Source: Tetramitus jugosus
Lineage: Eukaryota; Protista; Heterolobosea
Direction: 5' to 3'
Length of the DNA stretch: 64,000 nt
Assembly: GCA_937625935.1 (NCBI GenBank)
Contig: OW569374.1
Location: forward strand, 62,001-126,000
Position numbers and translations under genes: made by a program. The notes beneath the pieces were generated by a model. It was not told where the DNA came from and did no database searches. It saw only the letters and a list, made by a program, of their open reading frames with translations. This document shows positions 34,997 through 46,262 of the stretch, one piece after another. Within the stretch, counting starts at the first letter, position 1. Each line of letters begins with the position of its first letter.

Positions 34997-37339
34997 ATGT
35001 CATCATCTCCCAGTATTATTAATACCAACATTAATAATACTCCCAACCTTGTTCACCACCCATCTTCTTCTTCACCAATTGTTTCACCCTTCTCTTCCAC
35101 TGGTCCCATTCATAACAACAACAACAATGACAATAACGGAGATGAAGACACTCATTCCCAAGTGAGTGACTACTCTCCTTCAACAGCTTCTCCATCGACT
35201 AGCAATTCACCATTTGGTACATCTCCTACTAAGGTGTCGCACCAACGTGGACGACGAAAGTGGAAAAACAAGTATCACAACTCACCACATCATCAACTGT
35301 ATGTGAACACGAATTTGACAACAAGAACAACATTGACGACAACAATGGAAGAAGAAGAAGAGAGAGTGACTTCACCGACATCACCACCTCTAAGTGCTCT
35401 GAAACGAATCAAGGCACGAGCAAACAACACATCTGAGGAGAGCAATGGTGGTTCCGCTAGCAGCAACACTGTGAGCAAGGACCAACTCAAGCTCAATCTG
35501 TCAAGTCTCAAACGGGAAAACAGCTTTCAGAGCAGAAATAGCAGTCGCGGCGGCGACCGATCTCCGCGCACTCCAATAACTCCGGCCGCACTTTTCACAC
35601 CGCGAGGACTCATGACTGTTTTACAGTCACCGAGGAAGTTGCCTGGATTTGGTATTGATGATGTCGAAGAGGATTTACCAGTGCTTCAAGCACTCAAAAA
35701 GTTTTTGTTTCCAGAGCTATGGTTCTTGTTCAAGAGTTGCTATGCTATTATTATTACCAATATTTGTATTTCAAGTCAAGAGAGCATAGAGTTTGCTTTC
35801 GCAGGACAGTTGGGTGAGACAGAGTTGGCAGCTGCCGCTCTAGCGCAAGCTTACTACAATTGTTGCTCCTATATATTGATTGGACTCGTTTCAGGTCAGA
35901 CGACACTTGTTTCACAAGCTGAAGGGTTAAGCAACTCTGGTCACATGAGAAGAACTGTTCTCAAGAGATCTTTTCTCCTCATTACGCTGTTTTCGATACC
36001 ATTGTTGGTGCTGTTGAACGTTGGTGGTTATGTGCTCAAGATGTTGCAAGAAGAACCCGTGGTGGTGACTTCTGCAGGACTGTACCTCAACTATTACTCT
36101 ATTTCATTGTTAGCTACAGGTTATAACTCAATTTTGACCGAGTACATGGTTGCTCAATCCTATTTTGTGCTGCCGATGTTATGTGCGATTTTTGGAGTGG
36201 TGATCGATGTGTTGGCAAACTTGACGTTGACTCGTGGAATGCATCGTAAGAAAACAAAGATTGGGTTTATTGGAGCGGCGATTAGTGCTGCCATTACTCG
36301 TTGGATTTCGTTTCTATTGTTGATCGGATGTGTACTCTTTATTGAGCTGTACAAGTCAAGACAGGAGAGAAAACAAGAATTGGAACAGGAGCAAGTGAAC
36401 TCGATATCTGTGGACTCACAAACACCTGCAGCAACACAGGTCGAAACAGCGAGGAAGGCATTGGAGGAAGAGGAAAATTTAACATTTAAACAAAAGATTT
36501 CTCGTTCACTTCAGAGAAATGTGATCGATGTGATTGATCCACGTGGTATTTGGGAGTACATGAAGGTTGGTGTGCCTGGATCTATGATGCTGGTCGCAGA
36601 GACTTGGAATTTAGAGATTGCGACAATTATTGCTGGATTTTTACAAAATCCAGCTTATCTATCAGCCCATTCAGTGGTTGTGAGTGTTTGTGTCTGGGTG
36701 TTCACAGTACCCTTTTCTATCGGAACAGCCACATCTGTAAGAGTTGGTTATTGCATTGGCTCGAACAAGCCAAATAAGGCAAAGGTATCCGCATTTATTG
36801 GAATAGCTGTTGCTTTGATCTTCATGATCATTGCTTTGATTATAACATCTTGTTTGAGATGGTATCTTCCCAAGATATTTACCTCTTCGAAGGAAGTACT
36901 GGAAATATCAGCAATTCTTCTCCCAATTGCCTCTGCCATTCAAATTTTGGATGGATTACAGACGACAATTGGAGCGATTATTCAAGGAATGGGCAATCAG
37001 TACGTGGGAGCTTCCTCCAATATCCTGGGATACTACTGTATTGGATTTCCTGTTGGTGTTATTCTAGCCTTCACCACACCACTCCATATCTATGGTTTAT
37101 GGATAGGAATTGGTGTAGGTTTAGTGTTTGTTGTTATTGTTATCTCTGGTTATGTGATGGTCTTTGCTGGATTCAGAAGAGAGGTACCTCGTGCGAAACG
37201 AAGAGTGACGCGTTCAGACGTCAGGTTGGGTGCCAAGAGATTGGATGTTGCAACTCCAACTCCCAAGGCAGCAACTCCCAACACACAATTGCCACAAGAC
37301 CCTACAACCACAACAAGCGTCTTTAGCCCTTTTCCGTAA
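34997..37339 (+). CDS. MATE family efflux transporter with long disordered N-terminus
   Basis: FAGQLGETELAAAALA, TLVSQAEG, IGFIGAAIS, IGTATSVRVGYCIGSNKP, QILDGLQ, YYCIGFPVG, GLWIGI; about 12 TM segments. First ATG in frame at 34997. Confidence 0.92.
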   Translation: MSSSPSIINTNINNTPNLVHHPSSSSPIVSPFSSTGPIHNNNNNDNNGDEDTHSQVSDYSPSTASPSTSNSPFGTSPTKVSHQRGRRKWKNKYHNSPHHQLYVNTNLTTRTTLTTTMEEEEERVTSPTSPPLSALKRIKARANNTSEESNGGSASSNTVSKDQLKLNLSSLKRENSFQSRNSSRGGDRSPRTPITPAALFTPRGLMTVLQSPRKLPGFGIDDVEEDLPVLQALKKFLFPELWFLFKSCYAIIITNICISSQESIEFAFAGQLGETELAAAALAQAYYNCCSYILIGLVSGQTTLVSQAEGLSNSGHMRRTVLKRSFLLITLFSIPLLVLLNVGGYVLKMLQEEPVVVTSAGLYLNYYSISLLATGYNSILTEYMVAQSYFVLPMLCAIFGVVIDVLANLTLTRGMHRKKTKIGFIGAAISAAITRWISFLLLIGCVLFIELYKSRQERKQELEQEQVNSISVDSQTPAATQVETARKALEEEENLTFKQKISRSLQRNVIDVIDPRGIWEYMKVGVPGSMMLVAETWNLEIATIIAGFLQNPAYLSAHSVVVSVCVWVFTVPFSIGTATSVRVGYCIGSNKPNKAKVSAFIGIAVALIFMIIALIITSCLRWYLPKIFTSSKEVLEISAILLPIASAIQILDGLQTTIGAIIQGMGNQYVGASSNILGYYCIGFPVGVILAFTTPLHIYGLWIGIGVGLVFVVIVISGYVMVFAGFRREVPRAKRRVTRSDVRLGAKRLDVATPTPKAATPNTQLPQDPTTTTSVFSPFP

Positions 37340-37818
37340 AACCTCAATCACGCACATAAAAGGTATCACCGGCGTCGGAAAAAAATTCTTACCCTTTCAT
37401 CCGCGCGTAGAAAACTTGACATGAGTCATCTGTCGTGAAAGTGTTGTAATGGATGTCGTTTTTTGACAGATGAATTTGCTATTCGGACAAACAGAATGTA
37501 CTAATGAGGAAAACTGACGACCAATCTCCTTCTCCACACACATTCTCATCAACGTTTCGCCATAAAGAAAACGAACAACAATAACCAACCACACATCGCT
37601 TTGTTGATCGACTCCATCAACTTCTCTCTCTCACACACACAAAACGTCACTATTTGGATCGACCGGCAATCCCAAAGAACTTTAACACACTTACATAAGA
37701 GAAGGGTGAAGGGTCACATCACACAAAAAAACACATCAAGGTTTTCATTACTTTATTAAAAAAAAAAGAACTACACACAAGAAGAAGAAACAAATCTAGA
37801 GAAAAAATTGTATTAGGC

Positions 37819-40207
37819 ATGCCAGCAGCAGATGAATCCACAACTACCCTCCAGCAACTGGCCACAGCTCGACGTACCAGGAGCAGTATCAAATTTGGAA
37901 TGTTAAACTTGATGAATCCGTTTGAGAGTGAACTTGAAGACACGCCCATGACTCACCGAAATGGCGCCACGGATTCCACTACGACGCCAGACCCTGAAAA
38001 AAAAAGGAAAAGCAGCAAAAAGAAAAAAACATGTTGGCAACAAACAGTCAACTGTTTGTTGAGTCTTCGTGTGAGAACCATGTTGGTTCTATTGGGTATC
38101 ATTGCCGTTATGATGATAATCTTTTTAGCTATTTTGATATCGGTGTTTGCTACATCGTTTAAGAAACTAGAGACTAGCACAACTGAAGATGCGACAAAAC
38201 GTGTGTCCAGGGCCATTTTTGATGATTTTGATCAACAAATGACTAGACTTTTGAGTTATGCCATATGGGTATGTACAACGTCAGATATTGCTACCTTTTT
38301 TTTTGTAAACTCTGATTTTTTTGAAAGGCGCGACAAAAGCTAACAGATACGAATGATAGACGGACACTGCCAATTTAATGAACAATTTTACACAAGAGGA
38401 CTGGGAACCATACAGAGAAGAAAATTATAGATATGATTATATGCAGAGTGCCCAGGGAACTAATCTTGCTCTCTTTTACTACAATGATGGTACGTTGGCT
38501 GCTTACGTAGGCTTTGATTTCACCACGGGAGCCAACATTTCTGTTCCTCAAGAGTTGGCCTCACTGCCACTGGACCATCCACTCATGGTTAACATGAGTG
38601 ATATTGAGCACCGTGCCGGTGGTTATATCGTTGCTAAGAACTACATGGATTATGGTAATATGATCTTTGCGGTGACTGCAGCACCTATTCAAGCCGATGC
38701 TGACAATGCACAGACTGCAGGTGTTCTCGTGTATGCCACCATGACTCAACCAGACAAGGTTATGACTCTGTCTGTGAGATCTCAATTGTGTATCACTGTG
38801 TACACGATGGAAGACATTCTCTCAAAGAGCTACTTGTCAAAGTATAGAGGTTTGAGCAAGGGTAGCTATATACCAGTCGATATCTCAAATTCCGTTTGGG
38901 AAAATGATGAATCCAGAAGGATTGAAGTATTGGATCAATCATCTATGTCATTGCAGAATAGAGAGTGCTGGCGTGTGAGAGGCGGTGAGAGAATGGCTGC
39001 CTTCAGAGTGTATTCTAACATTTTTGGTGAACCAGAGGTTGTGATTCGAGCTGATGTGAATCGTTATATCAATGATCTTGGATGGAGATCCTTCGGTCTT
39101 TCATATGGTATGATTGTTGTTGGTTGCGTGCTCATGGCTATTGCTGTCCTTTTGTTTGTAGAAAGAGCTGTTTTGCATCCAATTTTGGCACTGAGTCATG
39201 GTGTGCAAGAGATTGCTGAAACCAACAATATTGAAGCCAGAGTTCCTCAAACTTCATCCAGTGAAATTGGTAGATTGACAAGAAGAGTCAACGAAATGTT
39301 GTCCTCATTGGACTATAGTCAAAAGAAGATTAAGGAAGAGCATGGAAAATTGTCCATCCTGTTGACCAAGGTGTCCATTGAAGAACAAAAGGCTAGAACA
39401 ATCATGAACGGTATTCCTGACTTTATTCTAACTGTTGAAAAATCTGGAGGAGTGATTCTCAATGCCAATAATGCCTTCTACAACAAGCTTCGATTCCCAC
39501 CAAATGACGTGGAGAACAAGATGCTCATTTCATCCCTGTTCAAGAATATGACACACAATGACATACTGAAGAACTTCCAACAGTTGGCTGAGCAGGAGCA
39601 ATCTATAGAAACTGCCATCTTTACCAAGTTCAAGAGTGAAATTCCTGTCCAAGTATCTGTCAGCATCATCAAGCTGTTGGTTAATGAACAATTGGTTGAA
39701 TCATTTGTAGTGATGTGCAGAAATATGAGTGAACATCATGAAATGAAGGAGAAGATGAATGCCCATGAGGAACAACTCAAGACTCTTGCCACTCAGATCG
39801 AATTCGAAACAATGCTCAGAACTCCATTCTACAAAGAAGCATTCAAAGAGTTCTGCAGAAAGGAGATGAGCGAGGAGAATATACTCTTCTTGGAGGCTGT
39901 TGAAGACTATAGATTGATGACAAAGACCCATGAAAGAGCTCTCAAGCAACAAGAGATTATTGACAGATTCTTGAAAGAAAATGGCTCGTCTCCCTTGAAT
40001 TTGTCCCACAGTGTCCTGCAGCGAGAGTTGTTCTCAATTGAGAAGGGATGTGGTCAAATTGACCTATTTGATCAATTGGAAATTGTAGTTAGAGGCATGG
40101 TCATGTCCGACACCTTTGCTCGGTTCAATGCCGAGAACAGGCGAGGAAAGGAAAATGCAAAGAAGAAGCAAGAAACTAGTCCATCCATTCTTGAACAGGA
40201 CAAGTAA
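37819..40207 (+). CDS. Two-TM sensor: CHASE4-like ectodomain - HAMP - PAS - RGS, 2 exons, ~765 aa
   Basis: Exons 37819-38268 and 38360-40207. Intron GTATGT..GCTAAC..GATAG is phase 0 and gives SYAIW|TDTA (CHASE4 DWAxWDDT-like). Two TM helices, HAMP, PAS and RGS motifs are all readable (see findings). Confidence 0.85.
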
Positions 40208-41212
40208 AGCTCAACCGTTTTTTTAAAGGTCCATCATTTCTTCAATTCCAACCCACAAGGGATTTCGTTCCGTAGTTGTAAACGAAAAAGTGATGGGTGA
40301 CCAGTCTGAGCGGCCAGTTCGTTGTCACGGGTCCAATTTGAGCACACGAGACCCCAAAACAACACAAAACCAAAAAAATCATTTTTGTAAGCTACACAGA
40401 CGGTCGCTTGGACACTCCAACATCAACTTGTTGCACCACGCAACAAAAGCATCATCGCACACATCAAGAACAACACAATGTCATGTGTGAGCTGCACAAC
40501 TTGAGGTGATGTATGCCATGCTACTCCCCAACTACATAAATCAATACTCAAACGAACAACTTAACCAACCCAAAGTTGAGGAATCCGATGCCCCGGAAGA
40601 AACGCGCCAAAACAAACCAACCGAAAAAAAAGTTCCACTTTTTCGTGTACGCTTCATCGTTGTAAACGCGCCTGGTCGGTGAAAGAAAATCTCCAACAAA
40701 ACGATCGTTTGTGGGAGGTTTGTCCAGCAAGCTTCTGCGTCAACGCGCACACATACAACAAAAAAGCGTTTCTCAACCGCACACAAACAAAACAAAAAAA
40801 ATCATCAACCACCACCATCAACTTGATAATCAACTGTTGCTGTTTTTGAGGTGTGCGACTGTCTCTCCCATCACTCACTACTACCACTACTCAATCAAAC
40901 ACACCAACAACGACCACTCCACAATTCTTCCTTTCAACAAAAAAAAATTTTGCGTTCGTAGTCAGTCGCCTAATAATACTCAATACTCAAACGCACAACA
41001 AACTTTTACCAGCACCACCAGGAAAAACTTGTAACAGCAAATAATTTTATAGAGTCGCCAAAAAATTTTTGAACAAAAAACAACAATTCACAATCATCAA
41101 CTGCTCAAGATTCAAATAATAATTATTAGTACAAGTTATCAAAAACAACAACAAAAAATAACCACCACCATCACCACTACAATCATTTGACAGTTAAACA
41201 ACAAAACAACTC

Positions 41213-43141
41213 ATGGCGAAACCTAGACAAAGTAGCAGTAGTAGCAACACCAATGCTCAACAAACCAAAAAACAGGTTCAATCACTCTCTAAAAAGGAGA
41301 AGAAGCTACGGTGGACAATAGATATCCCAAAAATTAGTTCTGCTCAATTCAATGCCATTTGTAGCTTACTAACCAATGGAACATACAATCCTTCTATGTC
41401 ATCTTCATCTGACAAGCGCTCTCTTTCTGCTCCTTCCAACAACAATAACAAGCAAAAAAAGAAGAAGAGAAGAAGAGTGTTGAGTGATGATGAAGAAGAA
41501 GACGTGGATGATGATCATTCTGAAGAGGAAAAGACAACAAGCAAGAATAAGAAGAAACGAAGAAGGACAAACAATTCTGTATCAACAACAACAACAAAAA
41601 ATAAGCAGTTAGGAGATGAAGAGTCTGACCCCTTTCACTCCATGTACAATGATTACAACAATTTTGCACGAGACTTTACGATAACAAATGATTGTCTTGC
41701 CAAATTGGACAATGAAATTCTTTTGTTAGCAAAGAATAAGAAGAATGGAGAGGCAAGTGTCACTACTGAGAGAGAACTTGAACAACAATTACTGCGGCAA
41801 CAACAAAACCAGGAAGAAATTAGAGAATTGGAGTTGAAAATTAGAGAATTTGAGCAACAAAAGGCTCATTTGATGGATATGCTACAGGAAGTGACAGTGA
41901 GAGAAGAACAGGCACGTTTGGCTGAATTGGAGAGAGAACGTCTCATGAAGAAACAACAGCAAGAGCAGGAGGAGGAAGAAGAACGGTTGCGGATCGAACT
42001 GTTGGAAAAACAACGACAAAAGGAACAAGAAGCGGAACAACAGTTGGAACAGGAGAGAAAGCAGAGAGAAAAGGAGCTCCTGGAAGAACGGACGAGGAGA
42101 GAAAAGCAGGAAGAACAGGAGAGGTTGGCCAGAGAGGAGCAGCTGCGGATCAAACAGGAGCAAGAGATGCTGGAAGCAAAGCAAAAGAGAGAGCTTCAAG
42201 AGCGTCTTCAAGCAGAGAAGGAGCGACAAATGGAACTGGAAAAACTACGTGAGAGCAGTGAGTCGAGTCGTGTCAAGCACGAGAGCAACACTGTTGTATC
42301 GGCGCCTGAACCACCAAAGCCTGCAGTCGAAAATGTGTCACCAACGCCCACATCCAGTGCACCCTCTATTCAACAACTCCACGTTGAGAAGGAAACAAAG
42401 AAGAATGTCGACCTGTCGCCATTGTCTTCTCCTTCCAGCAGTGCACCACCTCCACCTCCACAATCCACTACACCATCCTCCGCCAATCCACCTCATCCTC
42501 AAAGAAACAATCACCACGGTAACAGCAGCGAGTCCAATCATCATCATCCTCATCACAAATCCTCCATTCACAGCATCCCGATCATGAAGAAAAAGCCTGA
42601 ACCGCAAGGTGCCATCTTGGATCTGCCTCAGCATCAACCACTCCCACATCCGCCTCAGCACCATCACCATCACTCTCATGGACCTCCACCTCCACATCAC
42701 AGTGGCGGCTATCATCATCAGCCACCACCTCCACCTTACCATGTGCACAACCGTTCACCACCTCCGCCTCACTCCAACGATTCTTCATCCTCGGTCGGGA
42801 TCAATGGTGGTATCAGAGGAAACAATGTAGGCGGTAATGGACGATCTCCCTCACCTCCTCCACCTCATCCAAAGTCACCCTATACTCCAAATGGCCGTAA
42901 CATGGCGCCTCAACATTACTTCCATCCACCTCCACCTCCACCACACTCCCGATCCAGTGGTCCACCACCACACCATTATGACCACCATGGAAATGTGCCA
43001 CCACCACCGCCACATGTTCATTCTCGAGGTCCACCACCACATTCATACATGTCAATGGGTGGTGGTCATCGGAATCGACACAACTATAGAGACAACAGAG
43101 ATTCCCGTTATCCACGTGGTGGAGGAAGACGATTCTATTAA
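41213..43141 (+). CDS. Low-complexity protein: basic NLS-like tracts, E/Q/R coiled coil, Pro/His-rich tail, 642 aa
   Basis: Long ORF; KKKKRRR tracts, charged helix, PPPPH repeats, RGGG end. No recognisable globular domain. Confidence 0.7.
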   Translation: MAKPRQSSSSSNTNAQQTKKQVQSLSKKEKKLRWTIDIPKISSAQFNAICSLLTNGTYNPSMSSSSDKRSLSAPSNNNNKQKKKKRRRVLSDDEEEDVDDDHSEEEKTTSKNKKKRRRTNNSVSTTTTKNKQLGDEESDPFHSMYNDYNNFARDFTITNDCLAKLDNEILLLAKNKKNGEASVTTERELEQQLLRQQQNQEEIRELELKIREFEQQKAHLMDMLQEVTVREEQARLAELERERLMKKQQQEQEEEEERLRIELLEKQRQKEQEAEQQLEQERKQREKELLEERTRREKQEEQERLAREEQLRIKQEQEMLEAKQKRELQERLQAEKERQMELEKLRESSESSRVKHESNTVVSAPEPPKPAVENVSPTPTSSAPSIQQLHVEKETKKNVDLSPLSSPSSSAPPPPPQSTTPSSANPPHPQRNNHHGNSSESNHHHPHHKSSIHSIPIMKKKPEPQGAILDLPQHQPLPHPPQHHHHHSHGPPPPHHSGGYHHQPPPPPYHVHNRSPPPPHSNDSSSSVGINGGIRGNNVGGNGRSPSPPPPHPKSPYTPNGRNMAPQHYFHPPPPPPHSRSSGPPPHHYDHHGNVPPPPPHVHSRGPPPHSYMSMGGGHRNRHNYRDNRDSRYPRGGGRRFY

Positions 43142-43293
43142 ATCTGACAGTCTTTATTTCAACTCAAATCATTTTTGTCATGCTGTTCATGTGTTTGTTC
43201 TTATGAAGTTTGAAGGAACTCGGCTCTGTCCGGACAAATGATGACATCTGAACCATCAACCATGGTTCGCAGCACACCCACTAACAAAAAAGA

Positions 43294-44136
43294 ATGTCAC
43301 TACCATCAGCACCGCAAGTGAGCACCCTTGTTCAAAAGGTAAAGGATTCCAGTGAACAACTCGTTTGTGCTGTTCAACAACTCCAAGAAGCAATACAAGA
43401 GCAAGACAAGGAATGTTCGAGTAAGTATGGTGAATTGAGTCAATTACTCTCCAGGTTGAGTGCAACATCGACGAATATTGGCCCACACAAGAAGATCAAG
43501 CTCAGAATTGGCGAGAAAAAGTTTGTTACAACGTTAGCAACGTTGACCTCCGAAAAAGAGACGTTCTTCAGTGCCATGTTCAGTTCGAATTTCAATACAG
43601 AGCCCGATGAGGATGGAGAGTTCTTTATTGATCGCAATCCAAAGTATTTTGCACTCATTCTAGACCATTTGAGGGGTGTTGATATTGGTTTGACTGTAGC
43701 TGATTTGAGTAGAAGTGAACGTGACTTGTTCTATCAAGAGGTGAGCTTTTATTGCATACGCTCACTGGAGGTGCCTGCTCCCAGAATGAAGACTATATTC
43801 GTAGGATTTGCCGAATGGGAACAAAATGCAGCTTTACAATCAAACCAAAATCAAGATGCTCTGATGGAACACGCAGCAGCAAGTACTTTTGCTGGGTGTC
43901 GAGCGGCCACTGCAGATGAATACACACAGCAGAAGATTGAAGGATTACCAGAGATCAACACCTCCACGCGTATTGTGCTATTCAAGGGACCAAACAACAC
44001 TGGAAATGTCTCAGACAAGTGTTTGTCTGGTTATGCACTCAAAGGAGTGGGCGGAAACGCAAAGTTTGATGGTACATTCACCCACCTTGGTTTAACTAAC
44101 GGTAAACGCTCCTGTGTATGTGTTCGAGATGAGTAG
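43294..44136 (+). CDS. KCTD-type BTB/POZ domain protein, 280 aa
   Basis: IKLRIGEKKFVTTLATLTSEKETFFSAMFS..DEDGEFFIDRNPKYFALILDHLR; N-terminal coiled coil; unassigned Cys-containing C-terminal domain. Confidence 0.88.
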   Translation: MSLPSAPQVSTLVQKVKDSSEQLVCAVQQLQEAIQEQDKECSSKYGELSQLLSRLSATSTNIGPHKKIKLRIGEKKFVTTLATLTSEKETFFSAMFSSNFNTEPDEDGEFFIDRNPKYFALILDHLRGVDIGLTVADLSRSERDLFYQEVSFYCIRSLEVPAPRMKTIFVGFAEWEQNAALQSNQNQDALMEHAAASTFAGCRAATADEYTQQKIEGLPEINTSTRIVLFKGPNNTGNVSDKCLSGYALKGVGGNAKFDGTFTHLGLTNGKRSCVCVRDE

Positions 44137-45122
44137 GGTACCGGAGTCCATCAAAGCCGCCATTAGAACACTCATCCATCTCTGCGAAGCGCAGGTTTAA
44201 GCGTTATTTGAGAATCATCATATAAAACCAATTCGACACATGAAATTAAACCTATCTTTAGGATTGATTGTGAGCTTTATGAGATTGATGGAGGACATCA
44301 AGTAAGGTTCTTTTTAGGTTCTTCGACATGGATTATTTTATTACGTCATACATAAAGTTTTTGTTGGACTTTTTCTTTAGAATACCAAGGTTGCAGTCTT
44401 TCTTATCTGATGGAATACAACGAGTATCCTAACAATCATCAATTTTCTCTTCCTCTTGATCTGTGGTGAATAAATTACTCACTGGGTAACGCCTTCATAA
44501 TCCAACTATTTAGTCTTTTGGCTAATCTGGATAGAATCTGCGTAAGTGGGTGTAATTCTTTCATCAGTTGTTGAGTCATGAAATCTCTGCTGGCATGTTG
44601 AAACGAAGATTGATACATCCAGTTCTTGAAGAGTGATTTCTCCTGTCAATTGCTTCAACTTCGTGGCAAGTTTCTTCTCTCATGGCATAACCTCTCGACT
44701 GTATCCTCCAAGAACTCATGATTGTGGTGAAGATGAACATCTATCGGAAGTTGTGGTGATAGGATTCTTTAATCACTCGTAAGGATAGTGATTGTGAAGG
44801 CAATGGCTGATTGATTACATCTCTACACCAAGTGACAGGAGACCGCCATTAAAATCTGCAAATGAAGACATTTACTGGTGAATTTCATGTTGTTTCTCTT
44901 TTGAATCATTGAAAGGTCTCAGTTTAGTGAAGAATATACATTCTACAGAAGAGTTCTGTTTACCTTTTTTCAGTCTGTTCTTTAAAGTCCTGTCTCTTTG
45001 GTCAGATGGGATTCATGGATAAGAATATGGAACAAATGACCTTCTGGATCTGGTTCGTCTGTGCACCACTTCAACTTTGTTCTTGTTCTGGTCGCTCCTT
45101 GAAAATTTAACAACAAACAAGC

Positions 45123-45805
45123 ATGCCATCACGTGTGAGACAAGCACCAGCTTATTTGTCTGACTATGAGTTGACAGTAGATTTCAGAAGACGTGAATAC
45201 AGAAGTGGTCCAGTACTGAAGGAGGGAGGAGGCGTGCAGACAGCAATGATGATGCCCATGAAGGAAGACTGAGCAAATCGAGGAGGGAAATGATTCAGAA
45301 TACTGTGTTGCAGTCAATTAGAAAGAGTATGACTGCAAAGAAGCCAATCAGAGAGTTCAAACGGTTTAGCACTGTTAATTGTCTGGAACGATCCAAGTAC
45401 AATACATTTGTAGGAGGTACATTGGAGTATTCGTTTGGAAAACAGAACCCTAGAAACATTGTTCAGAACTCTATCCGTGCCATCATGTCTCTGAAGAAGT
45501 TTAAGGATGTATTTGGAGATGAAGCAACAAGATCTATTGCGAGAACTGGTATGAAATGCTGTTTGACATATCCAGTCATCCTGATGTTTAACCGGAAGGA
45601 CAAGTCAATGTACGTTCAAATGAAATATGAGACAAGAGACCGCGATGGAAAGGAAATTGATCAGTATGTGATTGGATCTGCTGAGGAAAAGAGAGCTGTT
45701 GCTAGCATGCTAAAGGGCAAAACGACACCAGTTGTTCCTGTACTCGTCGACTGTCAAGTGACTAGAAGAATATCAGATCAGTGCGAATTTATTCCTGTAC
45801 AATAA
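45123..45805 (+). pseudogene. Hypothetical gene interrupted by a 1-nt frameshift near 45221-45230 (pseudogene or assembly error)
   Basis: ATG 45123 (context AACAAACAAGCATG) reads MPSRVRQAPAYLSDYELTVDFRRREYRSGPVLK. The frame of track ORF 45290-45805 is open back to 45197. Adding one G to the GGAGGGAGGAGG tract fuses them into ~227 aa. Confidence 0.55.
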
Positions 45806-46262
45806 GTAAGGGAATATCAGTGATCCAGGTTCACTATATGTTGCAAGGTGTTAGGCGATTTGATCTGAAGGAAGAAGCAAAGCTTACTATGCAAGAGACC
45901 ATAGATCTGGCAGTACAACATAGACAAGCCACAACCTAGCATCATTAAACTTATCATTCGAAATGTCATCTCTCGCTCTCGCTTTGCTGGCTTGCTGTTT
46001 ACTCCGTCGCCATTTTTCTCACAACAAATTTGTGACATTGTGGTTTTTGAAAATGTAGGAAAAGAGCTATAGGCTTGACAATACCAGTTCCAGCTGCTTA
46101 TATAGGACTTTAATGTACTGTTATTGCTATAATCTGGGTTCGCCTTGGTCCAGCTCGCCTCAAAGGCTTGGGAAATGGAGTTTGACGGGAATTCGTCAAC
46201 CTATTTTTCGGTTTTAAAACCAAAAAACCGTCCCGTGCACCGATGAAAACAAGCAAAACAGA

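Noticed and set aside
41850-43100. Repetitive GAA/CAA and CCA/CCT tracts
   Set aside because: Low-complexity coding sequence (coiled coil, Pro/His runs), not a repeat array or CRISPR.
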